Assembly: GCA_035644935.1 (NCBI GenBank)
Contig: DASQNO010000118.1
Location: 12,153 to 76,152, forward strand
Length of the DNA stretch: 64,000 nt
Reading direction: 5' to 3'
From: Sphingomonadaceae bacterium
GTDB taxonomy: Bacteria; Pseudomonadota; Alphaproteobacteria; Sphingomonadales; Sphingomonadaceae
Both the position numbers and the translations under genes were made by a program. This document shows, piece by piece, positions 17,322 through 26,066 of the stretch. Under the pieces are notes generated by a model, which was given only the letters and a program-made list of their open reading frames with translations, was not told the origin of the DNA and did not search any database. Each line of letters begins with the position of its first letter. Position 1 is the stretch's first letter.

Positions 17322-17684
17322 ATGACGGCCCGCATGAAACGGCCCAAACGCGCAAGCCTGAACGATGTGGGGAAGGACGGCGGCCTCGCCGGCTCGATGA
17401 TTCCGCGCACGGCGCCGCGAGTCGTCGACCAGCGCTGGGAGAAGCGGTTCAGCGGTCTCGTCGACGACGCCGTTCTCACCGTGCGTGGCCGCGAGCGGCT
17501 GGTTCGCGTGATCAACATCTCGGGCGAAGGCGCGATGATCACCGCCGCGGCGCCGACGCTTCGCATCGGGGAGCGCGTGGCGCTGCGGCTGGCGGGGGAC
17601 ATTCAGGTCGAAGGCGCGGTGCGCTGGATCCGCGACGGGCGGACAGGGATCAATTTCTCGACCCCGCTGATCATCGAGGACTGA
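17322..17684 (+). CDS. PilZ domain protein
   Basis: RGRER (RxxxR) followed by NISGEG (D/NxSxxG), the c-di-GMP-binding motifs. Confidence 0.75.
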   Translation: MTARMKRPKRASLNDVGKDGGLAGSMIPRTAPRVVDQRWEKRFSGLVDDAVLTVRGRERLVRVINISGEGAMITAAAPTLRIGERVALRLAGDIQVEGAVRWIRDGRTGINFSTPLIIED

Positions 17685-17688
17685 AGGC

Positions 17689-18349
17689 CTATTCCCGCGG
17701 CAGTGCGCCCATCACCACGGGCAGCATGCCCGTCACCATGCGCCTGACCCCCGCCGCGTTGGGGTGGATGTTGTCCGGCAGCACCAGCGCGCGGTTGCCG
17801 ACCACTCCGTTGAGGATGAACGGGTAGAGCGGCGCGCCGTATTTGGCGGCAAGCTCCGGATAAATGGCGTTGTACGCGCGCATGAAGGTCGGACCGACAT
17901 TGGGCGGCGCCAGCATCCCCGCGACCACGGTCTTGAGCCCGCGCCGCTTCAGTTCCGCCAGCATCGCGTCGAGGTTCTCGCGCGTCACCGCCGGCGACAC
18001 GCCGCGTAGCAGGTCGTTGGCGCCCAGCTCCAGCAGCACGAGGTCCGGCTTGGTCTTCAATCCGTCCAGCGTCCACGCCAGCCGCGCACGGCCGCCCGTC
18101 GTCGTGTCGCCCGAAACGCCCGCATTGGTGACGAACGCGCGCACGCCCTCGCGGCGCAGCACGTCCTGCAGCTGCGGCGCGAAGCCCTGGCCACCGGGCA
18201 GACCGTACCCGGCGAACAGGCTGTCCCCGAACGCCAGCACGTGAACGTCGCGCGCGGTTGTCGGCTTGCCCGGCGCGGCGGCGACGCCCGGCGATGGGAC
18301 GGTGGCGGCCATCAGCATCGCTCCCAGATAGACAATGAACCTGGGCACC
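17689..18349 (-). CDS. tesA: SGNH/GDSL arylesterase/thioesterase (TesA-like), secreted
   Basis: FGDSLFAGYG, GANDLLRG and DNIHPN blocks. GTG 18349 gives signal peptide PRFIVYLGAMLMAATV (ATG 18319 is the alternative). Divergent from the ybbA-like gene, as in E. coli tesA-ybbA-ybbP. Confidence 0.85.
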
Positions 18350-19075
18350 CCATATGCCCGCCTGACAGTGAACAATTCTTTCTCCTCATCTCCGGCCGAT
18401 ATTGTGATCGCCGCGCGGAATGCCAGCCTCCAGCTGGGCAGCGGCGACGCGCGCGTCCTAATCCTCCACGGCCTCGATCTGGAGGTCGCGCGCGGCAGCC
18501 GGGTGGCGCTGCTGGGGCCGTCGGGTTCGGGCAAATCCTCGCTGCTGGCGCTGCTCACCGGCCTCGAGCGCGCCAGCGGCGGCACGATCACAGTGGCCGG
18601 CGAGGACTTCTCGACGCTCGACGAAGACGGCCTCGCCCGCGCCCGCCGCGGCCGCATCGGCATCGTGCTGCAGGCTTTCCACCTGCTGCCGACCATGACC
18701 GCGCTGGAGAACGTCGCCGTGCCGCTGGAGCTTTCCGGTGACCCGCAAGCCTTCGCGCGGGCGAAGGACGAACTCGCCGCCGTCGGCCTCGGCGACCGCC
18801 TGACCCACTATCCTGCACAACTGTCGGGCGGCGAGCAGCAGCGCGTCGCCATCGCCCGCGCCACCGCCCCGCGCCCCGCCATCCTGTTCGCCGACGAGCC
18901 GACGGGCAATCTCGACGCCGCGACCGGCGAGGCGGTGATGCGGCTGCTGTTCGCAAGGGCGGACGAGACGGGGGCCACCCTGTTCATCATCACGCATGAC
19001 GAGCGGCTGGCCGCGAAATGCGCGCGCGTGCTGACGATGCGGGACGGGCGGATCGTGTCGGATGTGGGCGGGTGA
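18335..19075 (+). CDS. ABC transporter ATP-binding protein (YbbA/LolD-like)
   Basis: Walker A GPSGSGKSS, signature LSGGEQQRVAIARA, Walker B ILFADEPTGNLD. Confidence 0.9.
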   Translation: MNLGTPYARLTVNNSFSSSPADIVIAARNASLQLGSGDARVLILHGLDLEVARGSRVALLGPSGSGKSSLLALLTGLERASGGTITVAGEDFSTLDEDGLARARRGRIGIVLQAFHLLPTMTALENVAVPLELSGDPQAFARAKDELAAVGLGDRLTHYPAQLSGGEQQRVAIARATAPRPAILFADEPTGNLDAATGEAVMRLLFARADETGATLFIITHDERLAAKCARVLTMRDGRIVSDVGG

Positions 19076-19093
19076 GGGCCGGCGGCGGAGGTG

Positions 19094-19207
19094 AGCCCCT
19101 TCCCCTTGGGGGAGGGGTTGGGGTGGGGGAGTCCGTCCCCAGAAGGAAGAGTTGGCTCGCGCTGCGCTCTCGCCCCCACCCCAACCCCTCCCCTGAAGGG
19201 GAGGGGC
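19094..19207. repeat. MITE-like inverted-repeat element (family C variant) inside the ABC operon
   Basis: Left arm GCCCCTTCCCCTTGGGGGAGGGGTTGGGGTGGGGGA and right arm CGCCCCCACCCCAACCCCTCCCCTGAAGGGGAGGGGC are reverse complements flanking ~40 bp. Confidence 0.75.
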
Positions 19208-19208
19208 T

Positions 19209-21695
19209 TTGAGCCTGGCCTGGACCCTTGCTCTGCGCGAGCTGCGCGGCGGCTTGTCGGGCCTCCGCCTGCTCGCCGTCTGCCTCCTCCTCGGCGTCAC
19301 TGCGCTGGCCGGGGTCGGCAGCCTCGCCGCCTCGCTCGGTGCCGCGCTCGCGGGCCAGGGCCAGGCGATCCTCGGCGGCGACATCGCCTTTTCCATTGCG
19401 CAGCGGCAGGCGAGCCCGGACGAGCGCGCCGCCTTCGCGCGGCTGGGCCCCGTGTCCGAAGTCGTCACCATGCGCGCCATGGCCGTGCGCCCGGACGGCG
19501 CCGACAGCTTTCTGGTCGAGCTCAAGGGCGTCGACGCCGCCTACCCGCTCTACGGCGACTTTCGCCTTGCTTCCGGGACGCGCCCGCAAGGTGCGCAGGT
19601 GGCCGTCGCTCCCGAACTCGCCGAACGCCTGTCGCTGAGCATCGGCGACCCCGTCCGCATTGGCGAGGGGACCTTGCGCGTTTCGGGGTTGATCGCCGAC
19701 GAGCCCGACCGGCTGGGGCAGGGGTTCAGCCTCGGCTCCACCGCGCTGGTCGACCCGCAGGGCCTGGCCGTCACCCGCCTGGTGCAGCCCGGCAGCATGT
19801 ACGAGGCCGCCTACCGCGTCCGGCTCCCCGCCGGCGCCGATCCCAAGCTCGTCGGCGACGGCTTCGGCAAACGGTTCGAGGAAGCCGGCTGGCGCATCCG
19901 CGACCGGTCCAACGGCGCGCCGGGCACGCGCCGCTTTGTCGATCGCCTGGGCCAGTTCCTGACGCTGGTCGGGCTCACCGCCCTCGTCATCGCGGGCATC
20001 GGCGTCGGCAACGGCGTTGCGTCGTACCTGGATGAGCGCCGCGCCGGCATGGCGACGCTGAAGGCGCTGGGCGCGACCAGCCGCACGATCTTCCTCACCT
20101 ACTTCCTGACGGTCGGCGCGATCGCGCTGGCGGCGATCCTGGTCGGCCTGGCGCTCGGCGCCGCGACGCCCCGGCTGGTGGTCGCCTTCGCGGGCGACGC
20201 CCTGCCCATTCCGCCCCGGGGCGGGCTGTTCCCCATCCCCCTGATCGCCGCAGCCGCCTACGGCCTGCTGATCGCGCTGACCTTTTCGCTGATCCCGCTG
20301 GCGCAGGCGCGCGCCGTTCCCGCCGCGTCCTTGTTCCGCGGCGGCGTCGAGCGGCTCGCCCGCCCGTCGCGCGCGACGCTCGCCGCCGTCGCGCTCGCCG
20401 CCGCCGCCATTGCCGCGCTGGCGATCGGCACGGCGGAGGAGCCGCTGTTCGCCGCCGGCTTCGTGGCCGCGGCGCTGGGGCTGCTGCTGCTGCTGACGCT
20501 GCTCGGCGTGCTGATCCGCTGGACGGCCGCGCGCCTGCCGCGGCCCAAGGGTCCGCTCGCCCGTCTCGCGCTCGCCAATCTCCACCGCCCGGGCGCGCAG
20601 ACCGGCCGCCTGGTGGTCGCGCTCGGGCTGGGGCTGACGCTGTTCACGACCCTGGCGGTGATCGAGACCAATTTGTCGGGCCAGATCCGTTCCACCATCC
20701 CCGCCCGCGCGCCGAGCTTCTTCCTGCTCGACATTCCCGTGGCGGACGTGCCCCGCTTCCGCGCGGTCGCCGCTCGCGCTGCGCCGGGCAGCGACCTCAC
20801 CGCCATCCCGTCGCTGCGCGCGCCCGTGGTCGCGGTCGACGGCACCCGCGTCGCCGACATGAAGGACATCCCGGACGGCGCGTGGATCCTGCGCGGCGAT
20901 CGCGGCCTGACCTACGCCGCGACCGTTCCGGAAGGCAGCCGGGTCGTCGCGGGCAAATGGTGGCCGGAGAACTACAGCGGCCCGCCGCTGGTCTCGCTCG
21001 ACGTCGAGGCGGCGCGCGCGCTGAACATCGGCGTCGGCGACACGATCACCGTGTCCGTGCTCGGCCGCGAGATCGAGGCGGAGATCGCGTCGTTGCGCGA
21101 GATCAACTGGGACACGATGGGGTTCAACTTCGTCATGGTCTTCGCGCCGGGCACGCTGGAGAGCGCGCCGCACAGCTTGATGGCGACGGTGGCGATGCCG
21201 GCGGCGGCCGAAGCCGCGTTCTCCCGCGAGGTCGCGCGCGCCTTTCCGTCCGTGTCGGCGATCCGCGTCAAGGACGTCATCGCCAAGGTGTCGGACACGC
21301 TGACGCAGCTTAGCACCGCCGTTCGCGCCGCCGCCGCCGTTACCGTGCTGGCCGGCATCGCCGTGCTCGTTGGCGCGCTCGCCGCCAGCCGGCGCGCACG
21401 GACCTACGACAGCGTGATGATGAAGCTGCTGGGTGCCACGCGCCGCCGCATCCTGGGCGGGCAGGCGCTGGAATTCGGCGCGCTGGCGCTGATCGTCTGC
21501 GGGGTGGCGCTGGCGTTGGGCAGCGCCGCCGGTTGGTACGTCGTGGTGCGCGTCTTCGAACTGAACTGGGCGCCCGACTGGCTGGTCGTGGGCGGGACGC
21601 TGGCCATCGGCGCGCTGGTGACGCTGGCGTTGGGATTGCTGGGCGCATTGCCGGCGTTAGCGGCGCGGCCGGCGCAGGCTTTGCGGAGCCTGTAG
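19209..21695 (+). CDS. ABC transporter permease, FtsX-like double domain (YbbP-like)
   Basis: 828 aa with two sets of TM helices and large loops. The N-terminus LALRELRGGLSGLRLLAV is of YbbP type. TTG start. Confidence 0.85.
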   Translation: MSLAWTLALRELRGGLSGLRLLAVCLLLGVTALAGVGSLAASLGAALAGQGQAILGGDIAFSIAQRQASPDERAAFARLGPVSEVVTMRAMAVRPDGADSFLVELKGVDAAYPLYGDFRLASGTRPQGAQVAVAPELAERLSLSIGDPVRIGEGTLRVSGLIADEPDRLGQGFSLGSTALVDPQGLAVTRLVQPGSMYEAAYRVRLPAGADPKLVGDGFGKRFEEAGWRIRDRSNGAPGTRRFVDRLGQFLTLVGLTALVIAGIGVGNGVASYLDERRAGMATLKALGATSRTIFLTYFLTVGAIALAAILVGLALGAATPRLVVAFAGDALPIPPRGGLFPIPLIAAAAYGLLIALTFSLIPLAQARAVPAASLFRGGVERLARPSRATLAAVALAAAAIAALAIGTAEEPLFAAGFVAAALGLLLLLTLLGVLIRWTAARLPRPKGPLARLALANLHRPGAQTGRLVVALGLGLTLFTTLAVIETNLSGQIRSTIPARAPSFFLLDIPVADVPRFRAVAARAAPGSDLTAIPSLRAPVVAVDGTRVADMKDIPDGAWILRGDRGLTYAATVPEGSRVVAGKWWPENYSGPPLVSLDVEAARALNIGVGDTITVSVLGREIEAEIASLREINWDTMGFNFVMVFAPGTLESAPHSLMATVAMPAAAEAAFSREVARAFPSVSAIRVKDVIAKVSDTLTQLSTAVRAAAAVTVLAGIAVLVGALAASRRARTYDSVMMKLLGATRRRILGGQALEFGALALIVCGVALALGSAAGWYVVVRVFELNWAPDWLVVGGTLAIGALVTLALGLLGALPALAARPAQALRSL

Positions 21696-21747
21696 TACGC
21701 CGGAGCACTGGTTTCGTTTCGATGATGCCGAAGCGTCGTAATTTCGA

Positions 21748-21815
21748 GTACCCCGGCGTAGGCCGGGGTCCAGTGACACGCTGGCACGACTGGGCTCCGG
21801 CCTACGCCGGAGCAC
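21748..21815. repeat. Palindromic REP/MITE-like element, family A
   Basis: GTACCCCGGCGTAGGCCGGGGTCCAG-N16-CTGGGCTCCGGCCTACGCCGGAGCAC. Lies 38 nt upstream of the GIY-YIG start. Confidence 0.85.
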
Positions 21816-21853
21816 TCGACAATTCCGGGTCTGCTGGCGCAGATTGCCCGGCG

Positions 21854-22144
21854 ATGGAGCGGCCAGGCTATGTCTACATCATGGCGAGCCGGCGCAACGG
21901 CACGCTTTACCTCGGCGTTACGAGCAACCTGATCAAGCGGGCGTACGAACACCGCTCGGGCGCGGTCGTGGGCTTCACTAGGACGCACGGATGCAAGCTG
22001 CTCGTCTGGTACGAAGTGCATGCGTCCATAGACGATGCGCGCCTGCGGGAGCTGCGCATGAAGAGCTGGCGCCGGGGGTGGAAGATGAAGCTGGTCGACG
22101 CGATGAACCCGGAGTGGGGTGATCTCTACCCCAGCTTGTTCTGA
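21854..22144 (+). CDS. GIY-YIG nuclease superfamily protein (small URI-domain type)
   Basis: GYVYIMASRRNGTLYLGVTSNLIKRAYEH (GIY...YxG motif) followed by a conserved Arg/Glu region. 96 aa. Confidence 0.85.
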   Translation: MERPGYVYIMASRRNGTLYLGVTSNLIKRAYEHRSGAVVGFTRTHGCKLLVWYEVHASIDDARLRELRMKSWRRGWKMKLVDAMNPEWGDLYPSLF

Positions 22145-22160
22145 GTGGCTCGAGTGTGTC

Positions 22161-22228
22161 GTACCCCGGCGTAGGCCGGGGTCCAGCGACCAGATGGTAC
22201 GACTGGGCTCCGGCCTACGCCGGAGCAC
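22161..22228. repeat. Palindromic REP/MITE-like element, family A
   Basis: Near-identical arms to the 21748 copy. Starts 17 nt after the GIY-YIG stop. Confidence 0.85.
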
Positions 22229-22280
22229 GCTGAGCTGGTTGCTCCGACGACGTGGATACGCGGTCGATCCATGATCTCGA

Positions 22281-22349
22281 GTACCCCGGCGTAGGCCGGG
22301 GTCTAGTGACACCCAACGTACGACTGGGCTCCGGCCTACGCCGGAGCAC
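22281..22349. repeat. Palindromic REP/MITE-like element, family A
   Basis: GTACCCCGGCGTAGGCCGGGGTCTAG-N17-CTGGGCTCCGGCCTACGCCGGAGCAC. Third copy within about 600 bp. Confidence 0.85.
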
Positions 22350-22405
22350 TCTGGCGCCACATGAAGCCAGTCCTTATCTGCTACTCAACCAGCAGGAGAC
22401 CTCGC

Positions 22406-23062
22406 ATGATCGACCTCTACACCGCCGCTACCCCTAACGGCTGGAAGGTCTCGATCGCGCTGGAGGAGCTCGAGCTCCCCTACGACCTCCACGTCATCGA
22501 CATGAAGGCGGGCGAGCAGAAACAGCCCGCGTTCACCGCCATCAACCCCAACGGCCGCATCCCTGCGATCGTCGATCGTGAGGAAGACGACTTCGCGGTG
22601 TTCGAATCGGGCGCGATCCTCGTCTACCTCGCGGAGAAGACGGGCCGGCTGATGCCCGCCGACGCCAAAGGCCGCAGCCGCGTCATGCAGTGGCTGATGT
22701 TCCAAATGGGCGGCGTGGGGCCGATGATGGGGCAGGCCAACGTCTTCACGCGCTACTTCCCCGAACAACTTCCGTCGGTGATCGACCGCTACCGTCGCGA
22801 AGGACGGCGGTTGCTGGAGGTGCTCGACGGGCATCTCGCGGGCAACGAGTACCTGGCGGGCGACTACTCGATCGCGGACATCGCCAACTGGTCGTGGGCG
22901 CATACCTACGCGTGGCCGGGGATCTCGGTGGACGGGCTGGACCACCTGCAGCGCTGGATGGCGGCGATCTCGGCGCGGCCTGCCGTCGCGAAGGGCCGCA
23001 CCGTGCCGCCGCGTGCGGAGGAAGCGGCGACGGTGGAAAGCGCCAAGGCGATACTTGCTTGA
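22406..23062 (+). CDS. Glutathione S-transferase (YfcG/Nu-like)
   Basis: [12 protein letters not shown]...[12 protein letters not shown]...[20 protein letters not shown] Shine-Dalgarno upstream of ATG 22406. Confidence 0.85.
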   Translation: MIDLYTAATPNGWKVSIALEELELPYDLHVIDMKAGEQKQPAFTAINPNGRIPAIVDREEDDFAVFESGAILVYLAEKTGRLMPADAKGRSRVMQWLMFQMGGVGPMMGQANVFTRYFPEQLPSVIDRYRREGRRLLEVLDGHLAGNEYLAGDYSIADIANWSWAHTYAWPGISVDGLDHLQRWMAAISARPAVAKGRTVPPRAEEAATVESAKAILA

Positions 23063-23063
23063 A

Positions 23064-23237
23064 CCCTTGTCCTCCCCTGCCTTTGCAGGGGATGGTGGAG
23101 GGGCGGAGCCGAAGGCTCACACGATGCGCAACGTCGTTGAAGAGGCGGTGGGAGGTCTTGTGGAGAGATCTGCGCCAAGAAGCCCCTCCGTCAGCCTTCC
23201 AGGCTGCCACCTCCCCCGCAAAGACGGGGGAGGACGG
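23064..23237. repeat. MITE-like inverted-repeat element, family C
   Basis: GTCCTCCCCTGCCTTTGCAGGGGATGGTGGAGGGGC ... GCCCCTCC..CCACCTCCCCCGCAAAGACGGGGGAGGAC. The arms are inverted copies with an indel. Confidence 0.7.
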
Positions 23238-23441
23238 TTGAGCCTCCAAGCTCTGGAAAACCGGCATCCGATTTGCCTCTGTCCTACAGCCCTCCGCCTC
23301 TGATATGCCGGTCCGCATGAGGACGCACGCCGCTCCCGCTATTGTCTCGCGCGCGCATAATCGGCGTTTGGAAACCTCGCTCCCCCATGCTTTGGGGTGT
23401 GACCTTTCCGTGACCTTCGCCCCCGTTTCAGGACCCAAACC

Positions 23442-24950
23442 ATGAACGCTCCCGCCCGAATCACCGCCCAGCCCGCCTACTCGGATGCCGTGCAGGCGTT
23501 GCTCCGCCGCGAGCCTTCGCTGTTCATCGACGGCGCGTGGACCCCGTCTTCGCACGGCAGGACGATCGCCATTCACGATCCCTCCACCGGCCGGGAGATC
23601 AGCCGCATGGTCGACGCCTCGGACGCCGACGTCGATCGCGCCGTCGCCGCCGCCCGCACCGCGTTCGACGACGGCCGCTGGACCGGGCTGCCCGCCATGC
23701 AGCGCGAGCGCCTGCTTCACCGCCTCGCCGACCTGATCGAGGCCAACCAGCGCGAGCTGGGCGAGCTGGAGGCGATCGACAACGGCAAGCCCGTGGCGCA
23801 GGCGATCGGCTACGACATCGCGCGCTGCATCGGACAGCTGCGCTACACCGCCGGCTGGGCGTCCAAGCTGACTGGCGACCATCTCGAACCCGTCGCTTCC
23901 CCCGTGGGCACGTTCCACGCCTATGTCCGGCGCGAGCCGATCGGGGTGTGCGCGCAGATCGTGCCGTGGAACTTTCCGCTGATGATGGCGGTGCAGAAGA
24001 TCGCCCCCGCGCTCGCCGCCGGCTGCACGGTGGTGCTGAAGCCCGCCGAGCAGACCTCGCTCACCGTGCTGCGCCTAGGCGATCTCATCGCCGAGGCCGG
24101 CTTCCCGGCGGGCGTCGTCAACATCGTCACCGGCATGGGCGAGACCGCGGGCGGCCGCATGGTTCGGCACCCGGACGTCGACAAGGTCGCGTTCACGGGC
24201 TCGACGGAGGTCGGCAAGATCATCAACCGCGCCGCGACCGATACGCTGAAGCGCGTGACGCTGGAATTGGGCGGCAAGTCGCCCGTCATCGTGTTGCCGG
24301 ACGTCGACATCGCCGCCGCCGGCGCGGGCGCGGCGCGCTCGATCTTCGCCAATGCGGGGCAGGTGTGCATCGCCGGCTCGCGCCTCTACGCGCACCGCTC
24401 GATCTTCGATGAGCTGCTGGAGGGCGTCGCCGCCGCCGCGGGCCAGTTCAAGGTCGGGCCGTCGCTGGCGCCTGACACCGTCATGGGTCCGCTCGTCTCC
24501 GACGAGCAGCACGAGCGGGTGCGCGGCTATATCGAGGCCGGCCGCAAGGCGGGCGCGTCCGTGTTCCACGGCGGCGACGCGCCGGAGGGAGACGGCTATT
24601 TCGTCAACCCGACGATCCTGGTCGACGTGAAGCCCGACATGAGCGTCGTGCGCGAGGAGATTTTCGGCCCGGTGCTGACCGCGCAGCGCTACGACGACCT
24701 CGACGAGGTCGCCCGCCAGGCCAACGACACGACCTATGGCCTCGCCGCCAGCGTGTGGACGCGCGACGTGTCCGCGATGCACCGCCTTGCCGCCAAGCTG
24801 AAGGCCGGCATGGTGTGGGGCAATGCGCCGTCGGCGGTCGACTATGCCTTTCCGTTCGGCGGGTTCAAGCAGTCGGGCATCGGCCGCGAGGGCGGCCGGC
24901 ACGGGGTGGAGGCGTACACCGAGCTCAAGACGGTGGTGGTGGCGCTGTGA
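23442..24950 (+). CDS. NAD(P)-dependent aldehyde dehydrogenase
   Basis: VTLELGGKSP (catalytic Glu) and GQVCIAGSR (catalytic Cys) motifs. 502 aa. Confidence 0.92.
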   Translation: MNAPARITAQPAYSDAVQALLRREPSLFIDGAWTPSSHGRTIAIHDPSTGREISRMVDASDADVDRAVAAARTAFDDGRWTGLPAMQRERLLHRLADLIEANQRELGELEAIDNGKPVAQAIGYDIARCIGQLRYTAGWASKLTGDHLEPVASPVGTFHAYVRREPIGVCAQIVPWNFPLMMAVQKIAPALAAGCTVVLKPAEQTSLTVLRLGDLIAEAGFPAGVVNIVTGMGETAGGRMVRHPDVDKVAFTGSTEVGKIINRAATDTLKRVTLELGGKSPVIVLPDVDIAAAGAGAARSIFANAGQVCIAGSRLYAHRSIFDELLEGVAAAAGQFKVGPSLAPDTVMGPLVSDEQHERVRGYIEAGRKAGASVFHGGDAPEGDGYFVNPTILVDVKPDMSVVREEIFGPVLTAQRYDDLDEVARQANDTTYGLAASVWTRDVSAMHRLAAKLKAGMVWGNAPSAVDYAFPFGGFKQSGIGREGGRHGVEAYTELKTVVVAL

Positions 24951-24960
24951 CCCCGCGCCG

Positions 24961-25680
24961 ATGGCGGCGCGGTTGAGCCTCGCGAAACTGGCAGCTTTGC
25001 TCGCATCGGCTTGGTTGATGCAGGCGTCGGCCGTTCAGCTTCCGCTACTCTCCGCGCCGGTCCCTCGCACCTTTACGGATCTCCCATTCATCGCCGCCCA
25101 TCCGGGCTTCGTCACCCGCTCCGGCAGGACGCTGACGTTCAGGAACGGAGAGACGCTCACGGACGAGGGCGACTGCAACGAAGGAGACTGCATTGAATGG
25201 CGCGCGGACGATGTCTGGCATGATCGCTTTGTCGGCGTCAGCGAAACGCAGTACGAGGACTCCGGCTACGTCATCGTCAATCTCGGCGTGAACAACTCGC
25301 TCGTCAGCACCGCATCGCGCCCGATCCCGTCCCCGAACGGCAAGTTGTTCTTTGCCGGGCACCATGACGACCGCGCTTGGGACCCGTTGCATGGCGCTGC
25401 GATCTGGGCGTTCGACGAGTCCGGCCCTAACCGTCTGCGCCTCGTCGATACGCATCTCCTCATGTTCGATCGTTTCGTCGCTTGGCGGGGCGACGCATGC
25501 GTCGAGTTCACCGGCGCGCGCGGTTACAGCAGGGGATTGAAGCCGACCCGCACCTACTGGCTGGCGGAGGAGGCGGGGGATTGGCGGTTGCTGGAGGCAC
25601 CATCCGCCGTGTGCGAGGTCAGCCGCCCTTTACCGGCGGCAGCACCTGCGCGGGGTCGAAATAGGCGCGGAAAGCCGTGA
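24961..25680 (+). CDS. Hypothetical secreted protein
   Basis: ATG 24961 gives signal-like LAKLAALLASAWLMQASA. No family recognised. The 3' end overlaps the convergent NTF2-like gene by 62 nt. Confidence 0.45.
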   Translation: MAARLSLAKLAALLASAWLMQASAVQLPLLSAPVPRTFTDLPFIAAHPGFVTRSGRTLTFRNGETLTDEGDCNEGDCIEWRADDVWHDRFVGVSETQYEDSGYVIVNLGVNNSLVSTASRPIPSPNGKLFFAGHHDDRAWDPLHGAAIWAFDESGPNRLRLVDTHLLMFDRFVAWRGDACVEFTGARGYSRGLKPTRTYWLAEEAGDWRLLEAPSAVCEVSRPLPAAAPARGRNRRGKP

Positions 25681-25999
25681 TGCCGCCTTCGCCCCATTCG
25701 ATGACGCTGACGCCGCCGTAGCGGAACGGACCGTTCTTGCTCGTGCCCTCGCTGACCCATTCCAGCAGCGACGCCTTGTCGTCCTCGACGATGTTGCGGA
25801 ATTCCGAATGGATCGTCTCGAATGCCGCGCGGTAGCTGGTCCAGAACGCAGCAGCGCCGCCTTCGCCTTCGTGCACGTGCTTGACCAGCGGATTAGACAC
25901 GTCGGCGTAGGGCGCGAACAGCGCGGCGATGGGCTCGACCTCGCGGTCGTGCTCGAGGCGGTACAGCGCCTGGATGAAGGTGTCGGCCTTGGCTGGCAT
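25619..25999 (-). CDS. SnoaL/NTF2-like small protein
   Basis: 126 aa. Has the pattern typical of ketosteroid-isomerase/SnoaL-like folds (FIQALYRLEH...FWTSYRAAF...EWVSEG...GVSVIEW). GAGGAG Shine-Dalgarno upstream of the ATG. Confidence 0.55.
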   Translation of the reverse strand: MPAKADTFIQALYRLEHDREVEPIAALFAPYADVSNPLVKHVHEGEGGAAAFWTSYRAAFETIHSEFRNIVEDDKASLLEWVSEGTSKNGPFRYGGVSVIEWGEGGITAFRAYFDPAQVLPPVKGG

Positions 26000-26066
26000 C
26001 GATGGGGCTCCTCGTCGGGTTCGGTTTCGCAAGCGCCAGGAGCGGGCTTTGGTTCCTGGCCTTCCG

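Noticed and set aside
18990-21173. 727-aa minus-strand ORF, among the longest ORFs in the track
   Set aside because: It lies antisense to the ybbP-like permease, which has clear family features. Its translation is Arg/Gly/Ala/Asp-rich low complexity with no motifs. It is a typical high-GC shadow ORF.
21748-22349. Clustered repeats considered as a CRISPR array
   Set aside because: The units are 68-bp self-complementary elements with irregular spacing (345 and 52 bp), one spacer being a whole gene. There are no cas genes, and the same family occurs singly elsewhere.
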